Assembly: GCA_964505065.1 (NCBI GenBank)
Contig: CAZDGF010000009.1
Location: forward strand, 1,226 to 65,225
DNA from: an uncultured Chitinophaga sp.
GTDB lineage: Bacteria; Bacteroidota; Bacteroidia; NS11-12g; UBA955
Length of the DNA stretch: 64,000 nt
Direction: 5' to 3'
Shown: piece by piece, positions 1-8,565 of the stretch
How positions within the stretch are numbered: position 1 is the first letter of the stretch
Layout: each line of letters opens with the position of its first letter
Notes under the pieces: generated by a model
Seen by the model: the letters and a program-made list of their open reading frames with translations, nothing else
Database searches by the model: none
Told to the model about the DNA's origin: nothing
Made by a program: the position numbers and the translations under genes

Positions 1-1955
1 GGAAATTTACATATTATACTTGTGCCTTCATTTATTGAAGAAATAATATTAATGGTACCATTTAAAGCTTCGGCTCTTTGTTTTAGTATTATTACACCAA
101 AAGGATTGACTAACTTTTGATTCAAATCAAAACCTACGCCATTATCTTTAATAGAAAGGGTTAAAATATTTTCAATTTTTATAAGTTCTAAACGCATAGC
201 GGTAGCTTTGGCATGTTTTAGTATATTGTTAATCGTTTCTTGTATAATTCTAAATAAATGCAATTCCCTTTCTTGCGGCAGTTGTACTTCCTCCATATCA
301 TAGCTTACAAATAAATTTGAAGTATTTTCTACATTACTCAACAAATCTTTTACAGATTGGTAGAAACCTGCATTTTGCAACTGTGTGGGGTATAAGTTTC
401 TTACTATTTTTCTAATATCCTGTATGGTATTGTCTGCAGTTTGCTCTACCATCGTATCGCCAGTTTTTACAGCTTTATTTTTAATTACTATTAAATTTTG
501 ATTTATACTATCATGCAACTCAACAGCTAGTTTATTTCTTTCCGATTCTATATTGAGCAGTAAATTTAAGCTGTACTGCTCTTGTATTCTTTTATCTTTT
601 ATAATTTGTTTCTTTTTAAAATTATAATAGAAAATTAATATGCCTACTATCAGTAATAAGAACCCTGAGATACTCCAAAGTAAAATCCTATTCTCATTGC
701 TTTTTTGTTTTTCTATTATTATATCCTTTTTTAATATTGTATTTTCTTTCTCTGCCAGCTCGTTTTGTTTAATAAGTGTGTTTATATTGTCTATTTGAGT
801 ATATAATTTAATACTATCATTAAATTTTTGATTACTTATATTATGATAATATCCCTTTTTGTAGTTTTTAGACTCTTTATATAAATTTGATAATGCAGTA
901 TTTATTTTAGAAGTAGAAGATTCAATTTGTAAAGTATCATTGTAAAATTTCAAACATTTCAACATTAATAATTCTGCTTCGGTATATTTTTTTGACTTTA
1001 ACTTAACCATTGCTAGAGCAGATAAATATTCATAATACTGTCTCTTCTTAAATGTAGCATTCACTAGTGAATTAATATATTTATTATAATTTTTAAGAAC
1101 ATTTTTAGCCTCAACTAAATTATTTTTGTATAATAAATTTCTTATTTTAATTGGGTACCAATTCATCAAAGAATTCGAATCAATTTTTAATGTTAAATCT
1201 ATATAATAGTTAGAAGAATCAATTTGTCCCAAATTATAATATAAACTAGATAAAACCAATAGACCATAACCCTTAAAAGTAATATCATTATTTGGTTCTG
1301 ATAATTTTAAATTTAATAAGGCTATTTGCTTGGCTTCAGCATATTTTTTAAATCGGGTATATTGTATATAAATACAATTATTTACATGAATATAATTATT
1401 AGTGTCTTTAGTTTCTCTAAAAATTTGTTGTGCTTTTTTATAATATCTATATGCAGAATCATAATTTTTATATTTCTCTGAAAGTAAAATTCCATAACTT
1501 GTATAAAATGAAGCAAGTTTACTTTGATTTTTTACACTATGTAATAACTGTTTATTTTTCATTAAAGTAATTTCTCGCAAATTATTTTGTAAATAAAAAG
1601 TTTGATAATCATATAGAAATAAATTCAAAGAAAACTTAACAGTATCATCTAAATTTGCATACCAAGGCTCAATTTTATAATAATTTTCAATAAAAAAACT
1701 ATCATTATTGTCTGTTTCTTCTAAATTATCGTAGCAATCTATAAGTGTTAATGTAGCCTCATTAAAATTATCTTGCTTTAGTTCAGTATTTATCTTTTTT
1801 TGGCAAGCCTCTTTATAAAAGGGTTCATTTTTATAAGCTGTCCGTAATATTTTTGCATCCTTCGTATTTGTATTGTTTCTGCAAGCTAATGCAGTTAAAA
1901 TAATAAATAAGAAAAAATTTGATATTTTTTTTATATTACCAATACTATGTTTCAT
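1..1955 (-). CDS. Sensor histidine kinase: extracytoplasmic TPR-like domain, one TM helix, HisKA_3-type H-box and HATPase_c (3' end runs off the window)
   Basis: Absent from the ORF track (no stop in window). Manual translation from ATG 1955-1953 stays open to base 1. Starts MKHSIGNIKKISNFFLFIILTALACRNN (signal/lipobox-like), followed by about 400 aa of TPR-like repeats. TM segment ILLWSISGFLLLIVGILIFYY. H-box ERNKLAVELHDSINQNL. ATPase motifs HLFRIIQETINNILKHA, IKDNGVGF, GTINIISSINEGTSIICKF. Confidence 0.8.
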   Translation of the reverse strand, partial: MKHSIGNIKKISNFFLFIILTALACRNNTNTKDAKILRTAYKNEPFYKEACQKKINTELKQDNFNEATLTLIDCYDNLEETDNNDSFFIENYYKIEPWYANLDDTVKFSLNLFLYDYQTFYLQNNLREITLMKNKQLLHSVKNQSKLASFYTSYGILLSEKYKNYDSAYRYYKKAQQIFRETKDTNNYIHVNNCIYIQYTRFKKYAEAKQIALLNLKLSEPNNDITFKGYGLLVLSSLYYNLGQIDSSNYYIDLTLKIDSNSLMNWYPIKIRNLLYKNNLVEAKNVLKNYNKYINSLVNATFKKRQYYEYLSALAMVKLKSKKYTEAELLMLKCLKFYNDTLQIESSTSKINTALSNLYKESKNYKKGYYHNISNQKFNDSIKLYTQIDNINTLIKQNELAEKENTILKKDIIIEKQKSNENRILLWSISGFLLLIVGILIFYYNFKKKQIIKDKRIQEQYSLNLLLNIESERNKLAVELHDSINQNLIVIKNKAVKTGDTMVEQTADNTIQDIRKIVRNLYPTQLQNAGFYQSVKDLLSNVENTSNLFVSYDMEEVQLPQERELHLFRIIQETINNILKHAKATAMRLELIKIENILTLSIKDNGVGFDLNQKLVNPFGVIILKQRAEALNGTINIISSINEGTSIICKF

Positions 1956-1989
1956 ATTTTTAATTTATTTTACTACAATATTAGCTTAA

Positions 1990-2400
1990 TTAAAGCATTT
2001 GGCTAAACCTAAAAAAAGCTATCAATATTTCATTTCTAATTTTAATAAATTCAGCCATTATTTGTTCTTCTGTACCTGTGGCTTCTGCTGGGTCGGTAAA
2101 ACCAATATGAAGTCTTTTATTAACATTGCCTAAAAAAGTAGGGCAGTTTTCATTTGCTCCACCACATACAGTAATGACATAATCCCAAGTTTCTGTTAAA
2201 TAAATATCTACATTTTTGGGTGTATAATTGCTAATATCCAAGCCAATTTCTGCCATTGCTAAAATGGCTTTTGGGTGCACCATTTTTGCAGGATTTGTGC
2301 CTGCCGAAAATACTTTTGCTTTTGGCATTAAAGCTTGTAAAATACCATGTGCCATTTGGCTTCGGCAACTATTGCCAGTGCATAAAATTAATATTTTCAT
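1990..2400 (-). CDS. arsC: Arsenate reductase, LMW-PTP (thioredoxin-coupled ArsC) family
   Basis: MKILILCTGNSCRSQMAHG carries the CX5R(S/T) P-loop of LMW phosphatase/ArsC; VITVCGGANENCP supplies the downstream Cys pair. The track ORF starts at 2415, but the ATG at 2400 gives the canonical N-terminus and overlaps the upstream micro-ORF stop (TAATG). Confidence 0.85.
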   Translation of the reverse strand: MKILILCTGNSCRSQMAHGILQALMPKAKVFSAGTNPAKMVHPKAILAMAEIGLDISNYTPKNVDIYLTETWDYVITVCGGANENCPTFLGNVNKRLHIGFTDPAEATGTEEQIMAEFIKIRNEILIAFFRFSQML

Positions 2401-2543
2401 TATACCAAAAGCCAAATTAAATTAATGATTGTAAAACGTGCATCAAAACCAAAAATAACATTTAAAATTAGTAAACTTAAAGAAATTATTATTGGCTTTT
2501 TATATTTTATTATTAATTGTTTTATAGTTCGTTTTTGTTCCAT
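2400..2543 (-). CDS. Hypothetical 47-aa membrane micro-protein (below the ORF-track length cut-off)
   Basis: Manual translation: MEQKRTIKQLIIKYKKPIIISLSLLILNVIFGFDARFTIINLIWLLV. The ATG lies 3 nt after the stop of the upstream gene, and its TAA overlaps the arsC ATG (TAATG). Contains one hydrophobic helix. No recognisable family. Confidence 0.3.
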   Translation of the reverse strand: MEQKRTIKQLIIKYKKPIIISLSLLILNVIFGFDARFTIINLIWLLV

Positions 2544-2546
2544 TTT

Positions 2547-3266
2547 TTATTTTTGTTTTATAAAGTTTATTTGTGATACCCATGTGGCTTGTAGGTAAAT
2601 TAAGTTTGTTAAATGATAGCGAGCATTGTTTACCCAAAAAATATAAAGAGGACCTACCTCTATTTTATTGTTTTTAGAAATACTTTTTCCAATAGCAAAA
2701 GCTGCCCAATTTTCAGCATATACAAATTTGCTTGATTTGTAAGTATTGAAAAAAAACTCATTGTATGCTGTAAAATAAGTTTGTGAGTTTATTGTTTTCT
2801 TTATCCCAAATAAATATCTTAATCTATGGGTAAATGAGGCTTTTGGAGTAATTCTATCTTTAATAAATCTGCCGTCATATCGCAGCCTGTGTTTAAATTC
2901 AGTTTTTGTATTTGAATGTTTTAAAGTAGTTTGAACATAAAATCTATTTTCAGTTCTAAAATTAGGATGCAAAGGATTTAAAATTTCACGAACATAACTT
3001 GCAGAAGTAGTTAAATTACTATTTACAGCATAATGCAAAGCTTGTTCGGAATACAACAAAAGTAAATTAGGCTCTTGTTTTACGTTATTTATTTTTTGAT
3101 TTAAAATATTTAATGCACCAAAATAATACAAACTATAACTCAATTTTTTAGATAAAATACCTGAATGGTCAATAGTTGGGAAAACGCCAAAATTAGTACT
3201 ATTTTGAGCATAAATTACATTACATAAATATAAATAAAAGAGTAGAAACAATAATTTAAATTTCAT
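2547..3266 (-). CDS. Secreted/outer-membrane protein, DUF2490-like
   Basis: Signal peptide MKFKLLFLLFYLYLCNVIYAQ. Alternating aromatic/polar beta-strand-like pattern with R/Y/F-rich repeats (HRLRYDGRF, HRLRYLFG), reminiscent of DUF2490. Family assignment is from memory only. Confidence 0.45.
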   Translation of the reverse strand: MKFKLLFLLFYLYLCNVIYAQNSTNFGVFPTIDHSGILSKKLSYSLYYFGALNILNQKINNVKQEPNLLLLYSEQALHYAVNSNLTTSASYVREILNPLHPNFRTENRFYVQTTLKHSNTKTEFKHRLRYDGRFIKDRITPKASFTHRLRYLFGIKKTINSQTYFTAYNEFFFNTYKSSKFVYAENWAAFAIGKSISKNNKIEVGPLYIFWVNNARYHLTNLIYLQATWVSQINFIKQK

Positions 3267-3268
3267 AA

Positions 3269-4042
3269 CTAAAAGGCTTTGCGCAACATATCTGCATACT
3301 CATTTGGCAATGGGCTATCTTCCACTGCTTTTGCTGCTTTTTCTACATCATAATCAAATCTTACAAATTCTACTTTTATACTTTGGCTATTTAATTTATT
3401 GCTATTTTCATCAATATGAATGATAACATAACACCCTTGAGGATTGCCATCTTTAGGCTTACCAATTGAACCTAAATTTACAGCGTGTAAAAAATGCGTA
3501 TTACTTTCATTATCTACTTTTAAAACTCTATGGTAAGGCTTATGCGTATGCCCAAAACACATAATATCTGCATTGGCATCTTGCATAATTCTTAACAAAC
3601 TTTTTTCATCTCTATCTTCAAAAAGATATTCATTTATTTTGCGAGGACTGCCATGAACCAATAGTAAACTCAATTTATCATTGTTCAATTGAAAATCTAA
3701 ACGAATATGAGCTGGTAAAGTTCTTAAATACGCTCTTTCATTTGCTGTTACTAAACTATTTGTAAAACCAATTGAAATTTTACCCATGTCTTTTTCAACA
3801 TCTGTTTTATAAGCACAACCACAATCATCGCTCATTCTTCCAATTCCAAAATCGTAATTTCCTGCTATTGTAGGAATATTTCTTTTTCTTATTTCGTTGA
3901 TTACTTCATTGGGCCAAATATTATAGCCCACTAAATCGCCTAAACAATAGATTGAATCAATTTCTCGCTTTTCTATATCTTTAAAAAAAGCGTTTAAAGC
4001 AGGTAAATTTGCGTGTATATCACTAAATAATGTAATTTTCAT
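3269..4042 (-). CDS. Metallophosphoesterase (calcineurin-like, YfcE/MJ0936-type)
   Basis: Motifs in canonical order: FSDIHAN, CLGDLVGYN, GNYD, LVHGSP, CFGHTHKP. Confidence 0.8.
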   Translation of the reverse strand: MKITLFSDIHANLPALNAFFKDIEKREIDSIYCLGDLVGYNIWPNEVINEIRKRNIPTIAGNYDFGIGRMSDDCGCAYKTDVEKDMGKISIGFTNSLVTANERAYLRTLPAHIRLDFQLNNDKLSLLLVHGSPRKINEYLFEDRDEKSLLRIMQDANADIMCFGHTHKPYHRVLKVDNESNTHFLHAVNLGSIGKPKDGNPQGCYVIIHIDENSNKLNSQSIKVEFVRFDYDVEKAAKAVEDSPLPNEYADMLRKAF

Positions 4043-4054
4043 ATTTATATTAAA

Positions 4055-4528
4055 TTAGCAACACCCTCCTCCTGGTGTACATTGTGTATTATTGGGTATT
4101 GATATTTCTGCTAATTTTACTTTGCGTTTTGGTTCGTCAATACCGCAACTATCCAATGCCAAACATGCAGTTTGTTTATTGGTTAAAATAAAATTATTGC
4201 CATTAAAAGTTAAGCCAAATCTACCAATTGTTTCTTGCTGATACTCCACCTCAATATCAAAATTACCGAGTTCTAAATTTTTTTCTGAAAGGGCAATAAT
4301 ATTTAATAATTTTTTAGGTTTTAGCCTATGTTCAGTATCGTTAGCATTCCAAAGCTGAAAATTAGCAACTGTTTCATTTCGCAAAGTACCTCCGCAATCT
4401 ATAAATTTTTTTGTAACCACGCCCACCTCTGTTACATGAAAATGAGAAGGTACTTGTTCGCCATTTTCCAATATAAAATTTACATCTTCCAATTGGTTTA
4501 AGTGTTGTTTTATTTCTTGAATATTCAT
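4055..4528 (-). CDS. DUF6428-like protein typical of Bacteroidota ars operons, Cys-rich C-terminus
   Basis: VPSHFHVTEVG...FIDCGGTLRNE...FQLWNANDTEHRLKPKKLLNII matches my memory of the DUF6428 family found beside arsR. Ends CTPGGGCC. Confidence 0.6.
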   Translation of the reverse strand: MNIQEIKQHLNQLEDVNFILENGEQVPSHFHVTEVGVVTKKFIDCGGTLRNETVANFQLWNANDTEHRLKPKKLLNIIALSEKNLELGNFDIEVEYQQETIGRFGLTFNGNNFILTNKQTACLALDSCGIDEPKRKVKLAEISIPNNTQCTPGGGCC

Positions 4529-4547
4529 GATAATTTACTTTATTATT

Positions 4548-4883
4548 TTAACAGCATTTTTGATTGTTTTTAAAATTTAATTTTTCAGCCATTTCACCAA
4601 AATAATGCACTAATGTAGCTAATGCTTTTTCTTCAATACAATAGCAAATAGCATTTCCTTCTATATTTCCCTTTATAATTCCTGCTGTTTTTAGCTCTTT
4701 TAAATGTTGCGAAACTGTAGGTTGTGCCAATGGCAATTCATTTACAATGTCGCTACATATACAAGTATCTACTTTTAATAAATACTCTAAAATAGCAACT
4801 CTTGCGGGGTGGGCAATAGCTTTTGTTAATGTGGCTATTTCCAATTGTTGGGCTGAAAAATATTCAATTTTTGTAATTCCCAT
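4548..4883 (-). CDS. arsR: ArsR/SmtB-family metalloregulatory transcription factor
   Basis: Winged-HTH core HPARVAILEYLL...CICSDIVNELPLAQPTVSQHLKELKTAGII, including the CxC metal site. First gene of the minus-strand cluster. Confidence 0.9.
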   Translation of the reverse strand: MGITKIEYFSAQQLEIATLTKAIAHPARVAILEYLLKVDTCICSDIVNELPLAQPTVSQHLKELKTAGIIKGNIEGNAICYCIEEKALATLVHYFGEMAEKLNFKNNQKCC

Positions 4884-4988
4884 ATTTTAATAATGCAATA
4901 TTACGATAATAATTATAAATAAAAAAATATTGCTTACACATTTATCCTATTTTTAACTTTAGTTTGTAAACAAAAAATTTAATTTAAA

Positions 4989-5315
4989 ATGACAATAGAA
5001 CAAGCCCAACAGCAAGTAGATGTATGGATAAAAACCATAGGGGTAAAGTATTTTAGCGAACTTACCAATACTGCCATACTTATGGAAGAAGTGGGTGAAC
5101 TGGCACGTATTATGGCACGCAAATATGGCGAACAATCTTTTAAAGCAACAGAAAAAGAAAATAATTTAGCCGATGAAATGGCTGATGTACTGTGGGTTCT
5201 TATTTGCCTTGCAAATCAAACGGGGGTAAACCTAACAGAGGCATTAAAACTTAATTTTGAAAAAAAAACAAGCCGAGATAAAGAAAGGCATTTAAACAAT
5301 TCTAAACTTAAATAA
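4989..5315 (+). CDS. MazG-like nucleotide pyrophosphohydrolase
   Basis: EEVGELARIMARKYGE and ADEMADVLWVLICLANQTGVNL (EExxE/ExxD metal-binding helices of the MazG fold). Confidence 0.8.
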   Translation: MTIEQAQQQVDVWIKTIGVKYFSELTNTAILMEEVGELARIMARKYGEQSFKATEKENNLADEMADVLWVLICLANQTGVNLTEALKLNFEKKTSRDKERHLNNSKLK

Positions 5316-5889
5316 TAATTCTAAAAGTTAAATTTAACCTTGGTTCTATTATTTTTTTACTTTTATTTATAGCGTGTTGCCAAAAATGTTGTGTTTCATC
5401 TTTCATTATTAACAAACTTCCATGGTTTAATACTAATTCTATTTTGTAATTCTTATCGTTTTTATGTTTAAAAGATATTTTCCTATCTGCACCTAAACTT
5501 AAAGAAGCAATTAATGGATTTTTACCTAATTCTTTTTCGTTGTCCGAATGCCATCCCATACTATCATTTCCATTTCTATAATAATTACACAAAACAGTAG
5601 TAAAATTTTCCTTTTCAAATATATCAATTTTATGTTTTATATATAAAAGTTCATCTGTAAAAGGCAAAGGAAACATGGTTCTACCCGAATAAGTATATAT
5701 TTTATTTTCTATTCCATACAATGCTGTTAGCCTTGGCTGTAGTATTTCTTTTCCAAATATTTTTATACTTTCGTGTTGCCATTTCAAAGAATGTTTTAGT
5801 TTTTCTAATAAAAAATCAGCCTCTGTTGTATTTAAAAAATTTGGATAAAAATTAATTACACCATTTTTGGGTAAAATATTAGTTATCAT
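5308..5889 (-). CDS. alkB: Alpha-ketoglutarate-dependent dioxygenase AlkB (2OG-Fe(II) oxygenase)
   Basis: WHSDNE (HxD), distal His in HFWQHAI, RLNLTFR C-terminal Arg motif. Confidence 0.8.
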   Translation of the reverse strand: MITNILPKNGVINFYPNFLNTTEADFLLEKLKHSLKWQHESIKIFGKEILQPRLTALYGIENKIYTYSGRTMFPLPFTDELLYIKHKIDIFEKENFTTVLCNYYRNGNDSMGWHSDNEKELGKNPLIASLSLGADRKISFKHKNDKNYKIELVLNHGSLLIMKDETQHFWQHAINKSKKIIEPRLNLTFRIII

Positions 5890-5972
5890 AAAAAATTATT
5901 CTGATATAAGTACAATTAGAAATTATATTTGGTTTTTAAAATAGCTAAAAATGTATATTTGCGCTAAGAATT

Positions 5973-6824
5973 ATGCAGGTAAAAATAGTAGAATGCCCAC
6001 GAGATGCCATGCAAGGGTTTGAACATTTCATTCCTACCCATTTAAAAATAGATTACTTAAACGCACTTATAAAAGTAGGGTTTGATACCATAGATTGTGG
6101 CAGCTTTGTATCGCCCAAAGCCGTGCCTATGCTTGCAGATACAGAAGAAGTATTGAATGGGATTTATAATATTGAAAATAAAACTAAACTATTAGTAATA
6201 ATAGCAAATATGCGTGGTGCCGAAAATGCAGCAAAACATCAAAAAATAAGCTATTGGGGCTATCCATTTAGTATTTCGGAGCAATTTCAGCTGCGCAATA
6301 CTACCCATAATATTAGCCAATCTTATACCTTGCTAAATAATATTCAACAATTAGCTATAAGCCAAAATAAGCAAGTATTAGCCTATCTTTCAATGGGTTT
6401 TGGCAATCCTTACAAAGAAGATTGGAGCATACCATTGGCTTTAGATTGGTGTAAAAAAATAGCCGATTTAGGTATTCAACATATTAGCCTTTCAGATACC
6501 ATTGGGGTGGCTAAGCCACAGGATATTGAAGCATTATTTACCGCTTGTAATAAAGCACTGCCGCATGTAGAATTTGGGGCACATTTACATACAAGGGCAG
6601 ATAATTATTTAGCCAATATAACAGCGGCATACAATGCAGGTTGTCGTAAATTTGATACTGCTATAAAAGGTTTAGGCGGCTGCCCCTTTGCTACCGATAA
6701 GCTAACAGGCAATTTGCCAACCGAAAATTTATTGGCTTTTTTAGAAGATAAAAATATTGAAACAACAATAAATAAAAGCTTATTTAATGATGCTTTCAGT
6801 TTAGCTCAAAGAGTATTTCAATAA
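5973..6824 (+). CDS. Hydroxymethylglutaryl-CoA lyase
   Basis: VKIVECPRDAMQG N-terminal motif, TIM-barrel HMGL-like layout, ISLSDTIGVA, GAHLHT, GLGGCPFA. Confidence 0.8.
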   Translation: MQVKIVECPRDAMQGFEHFIPTHLKIDYLNALIKVGFDTIDCGSFVSPKAVPMLADTEEVLNGIYNIENKTKLLVIIANMRGAENAAKHQKISYWGYPFSISEQFQLRNTTHNISQSYTLLNNIQQLAISQNKQVLAYLSMGFGNPYKEDWSIPLALDWCKKIADLGIQHISLSDTIGVAKPQDIEALFTACNKALPHVEFGAHLHTRADNYLANITAAYNAGCRKFDTAIKGLGGCPFATDKLTGNLPTENLLAFLEDKNIETTINKSLFNDAFSLAQRVFQ

Positions 6825-7263
6825 AAAACCCCCGAACTTTTAAAATTCGAGGGTTGGTAAATCATTTTCATTATTATTAATCTACTTCGGCAGTTATATC
6901 TTCGAACTTACTGTTTGTTACAGTTATAAATGGCAATTATTATATAGAATTATAAAATTAATTTTCAATAAAAATTAAACTTTTTTAATAAATTTAAAAA
7001 CCAATACAACGAATACTAAAATATTGCATATACTGCTGTTAAAGAACATTTTTTAATATACTCTAAAACATATCAGAAAATGTTTAATATTAAAATAAGT
7101 GTCAAATTATTGTTTTTTTAACTTCAATTGTATTTCTAAATTAAAAATTAAACTACTGAATTTCAGATATATAATGTTAAATATAAAATATAATGCTTAA
7201 AAATATTGCATTTTTATGACAAACAATTAGTTTTGTTTATCTAAACCCTTAATGCTTATTGAA

Positions 7264-7560
7264 ATGAGAATTTACATTGGAAATCTAAATTACAGATTGC
7301 GTACAGAAGAATTGAAAGCCGTATTTGAGCCTTATGGCGAAGTAGTAGGTGCTAAAATTGTGCGCGACAAAGAAACAAACCGCAGCAAAGGCTTTGGTTT
7401 TATTGAAATGGCAAACGAAGCCGATGGCAGAAAAGCCCTGGAAGCCCTTAATGAAACCGAACTTGGCGGTAGAAAAATGATTGTAAACGAGGCAAAACCC
7501 CGTGAATTTAATGGTAATGCAGAAAATGCATCACCAGCAAGTAATGAAAATATAGCATAG
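7264..7560 (+). CDS. RRM-type RNA-binding protein
   Basis: MRIYIGNLNY (RNP2) and KGFGFIEM (RNP1). The track start at 7252 adds 4 aa; the ATG at 7264 gives the canonical start. Confidence 0.9.
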   Translation: MRIYIGNLNYRLRTEELKAVFEPYGEVVGAKIVRDKETNRSKGFGFIEMANEADGRKALEALNETELGGRKMIVNEAKPREFNGNAENASPASNENIA

Positions 7561-7590
7561 CTGTTTTTTCAATCTTTTTAAAATTTTAAA

Positions 7591-7624
7591 AAAAGAGTTG
7601 AACCTAAGTTCAACTCTTTTTTTT
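7591..7624. terminator. Bidirectional rho-independent terminator between convergent genes
   Basis: Stem AGAGTTGAAC / GTTCAACTCT (10 bp), loop CTAA. An A-run precedes it and an 8-T run follows, so it is usable on both strands. Confidence 0.7.
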
Positions 7625-7648
7625 GGCAAAAAATTTATACAAAAATGA

Positions 7649-8527
7649 TTAATCTATAAAAAACTCAACGGTATTTTCTACCAATTCATCAAGCATTGGA
7701 GTAACGTCTGTTTCAGCATTAAAAGGATGTTTAGCTCCAAAAGTATGGTCGGCATTTTCCACCCTAATTAAAATAGAATGTTGTACCAATTCGTATAATA
7801 ATTCTGCATTATCCATTGGCACAGTTTCATCTTTTTCGCCATGAATAATTAAAAGCGGTGTGCTTAATAATTTAGAGGCTTTGGGTATATCTAATTTAGC
7901 TTTATTTTCTAAATAATTATCATAAAACTGTTTATACAAAGGCAGCTCTTGATTGGTGCGCTTATTGGTAGCATACACAACGCCATTGCTTTGCCACTCT
8001 TTTATGGTTTCTGGTTTAAAGTAGTTTTCAAAATTAGATAAAGAAGCCCATAAAGCTAATTTTTTAATGCGCTTATCCTCGCTTGCCCTTAATATAGCTA
8101 TGCCTCCGCCCCTACTATGTGCCGCCACATATATTTCATTTTTATTGATATTGTAAGTTTCGGCTTCTTTTTCTACCTCGTCTATTATTTTGCCTAAATC
8201 TTCAATTTCTATGGTGTAATTATTTTGCCCAAAAGCTTCTAAATCTGAAACATCAATTAATTGCTGCTCGGTAGTGCCATTGTGCGAAAAATTAAATTTT
8301 AAGAATGCTAACTTTTGTTTTGCAAATTCATTAGCAAGCCAATTAAAATGCCCCCAATCTTTAAAACCTTTAAAACCATGGCAAAAAACCACAACAGCCG
8401 TTGTTGTTTTACTTATTGGCAAAGTAATATCGTAGGTTATTTTTCTTTTATTGCTACCTTCTATAGTTTTATTTATCTGTTGAATTTCTATATTCATGGG
8501 TGCAAAAATAAAGATTTCAAACATCAT
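7649..8527 (-). CDS. Alpha/beta hydrolase
   Basis: VVFCHGFKG, nucleophile elbow AHSRGG, IIHGEKDETV and a late His (ADHTF). An alternative start at 8497 (MNIEIQQ) is possible. Confidence 0.75.
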   Translation of the reverse strand: MMFEIFIFAPMNIEIQQINKTIEGSNKRKITYDITLPISKTTTAVVVFCHGFKGFKDWGHFNWLANEFAKQKLAFLKFNFSHNGTTEQQLIDVSDLEAFGQNNYTIEIEDLGKIIDEVEKEAETYNINKNEIYVAAHSRGGGIAILRASEDKRIKKLALWASLSNFENYFKPETIKEWQSNGVVYATNKRTNQELPLYKQFYDNYLENKAKLDIPKASKLLSTPLLIIHGEKDETVPMDNAELLYELVQHSILIRVENADHTFGAKHPFNAETDVTPMLDELVENTVEFFID

Positions 8528-8565
8528 TTATTTGCTTATTATTTGAATATATTTGCCCATTACAA

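Noticed and set aside
6829-6853. Hairpin after the HMG-CoA lyase gene (CCCCGAA...TTCGAGGG) as a rho-independent terminator.
   Set aside because: The stem is only about 7 bp with a bulge, and no T-tract follows. I did not list it as a feature, although it may still pause or terminate transcription.
4893-7213. The shared 11-mer AATGCAATATT (4893-4903, upstream of arsR) and its reverse complement at 7203-7213 as a common operator linking arsR and the RRM gene.
   Set aside because: This is a short AT-rich word, and only two exact occurrences fall within what composition alone could produce. There is no supporting symmetry or functional link.
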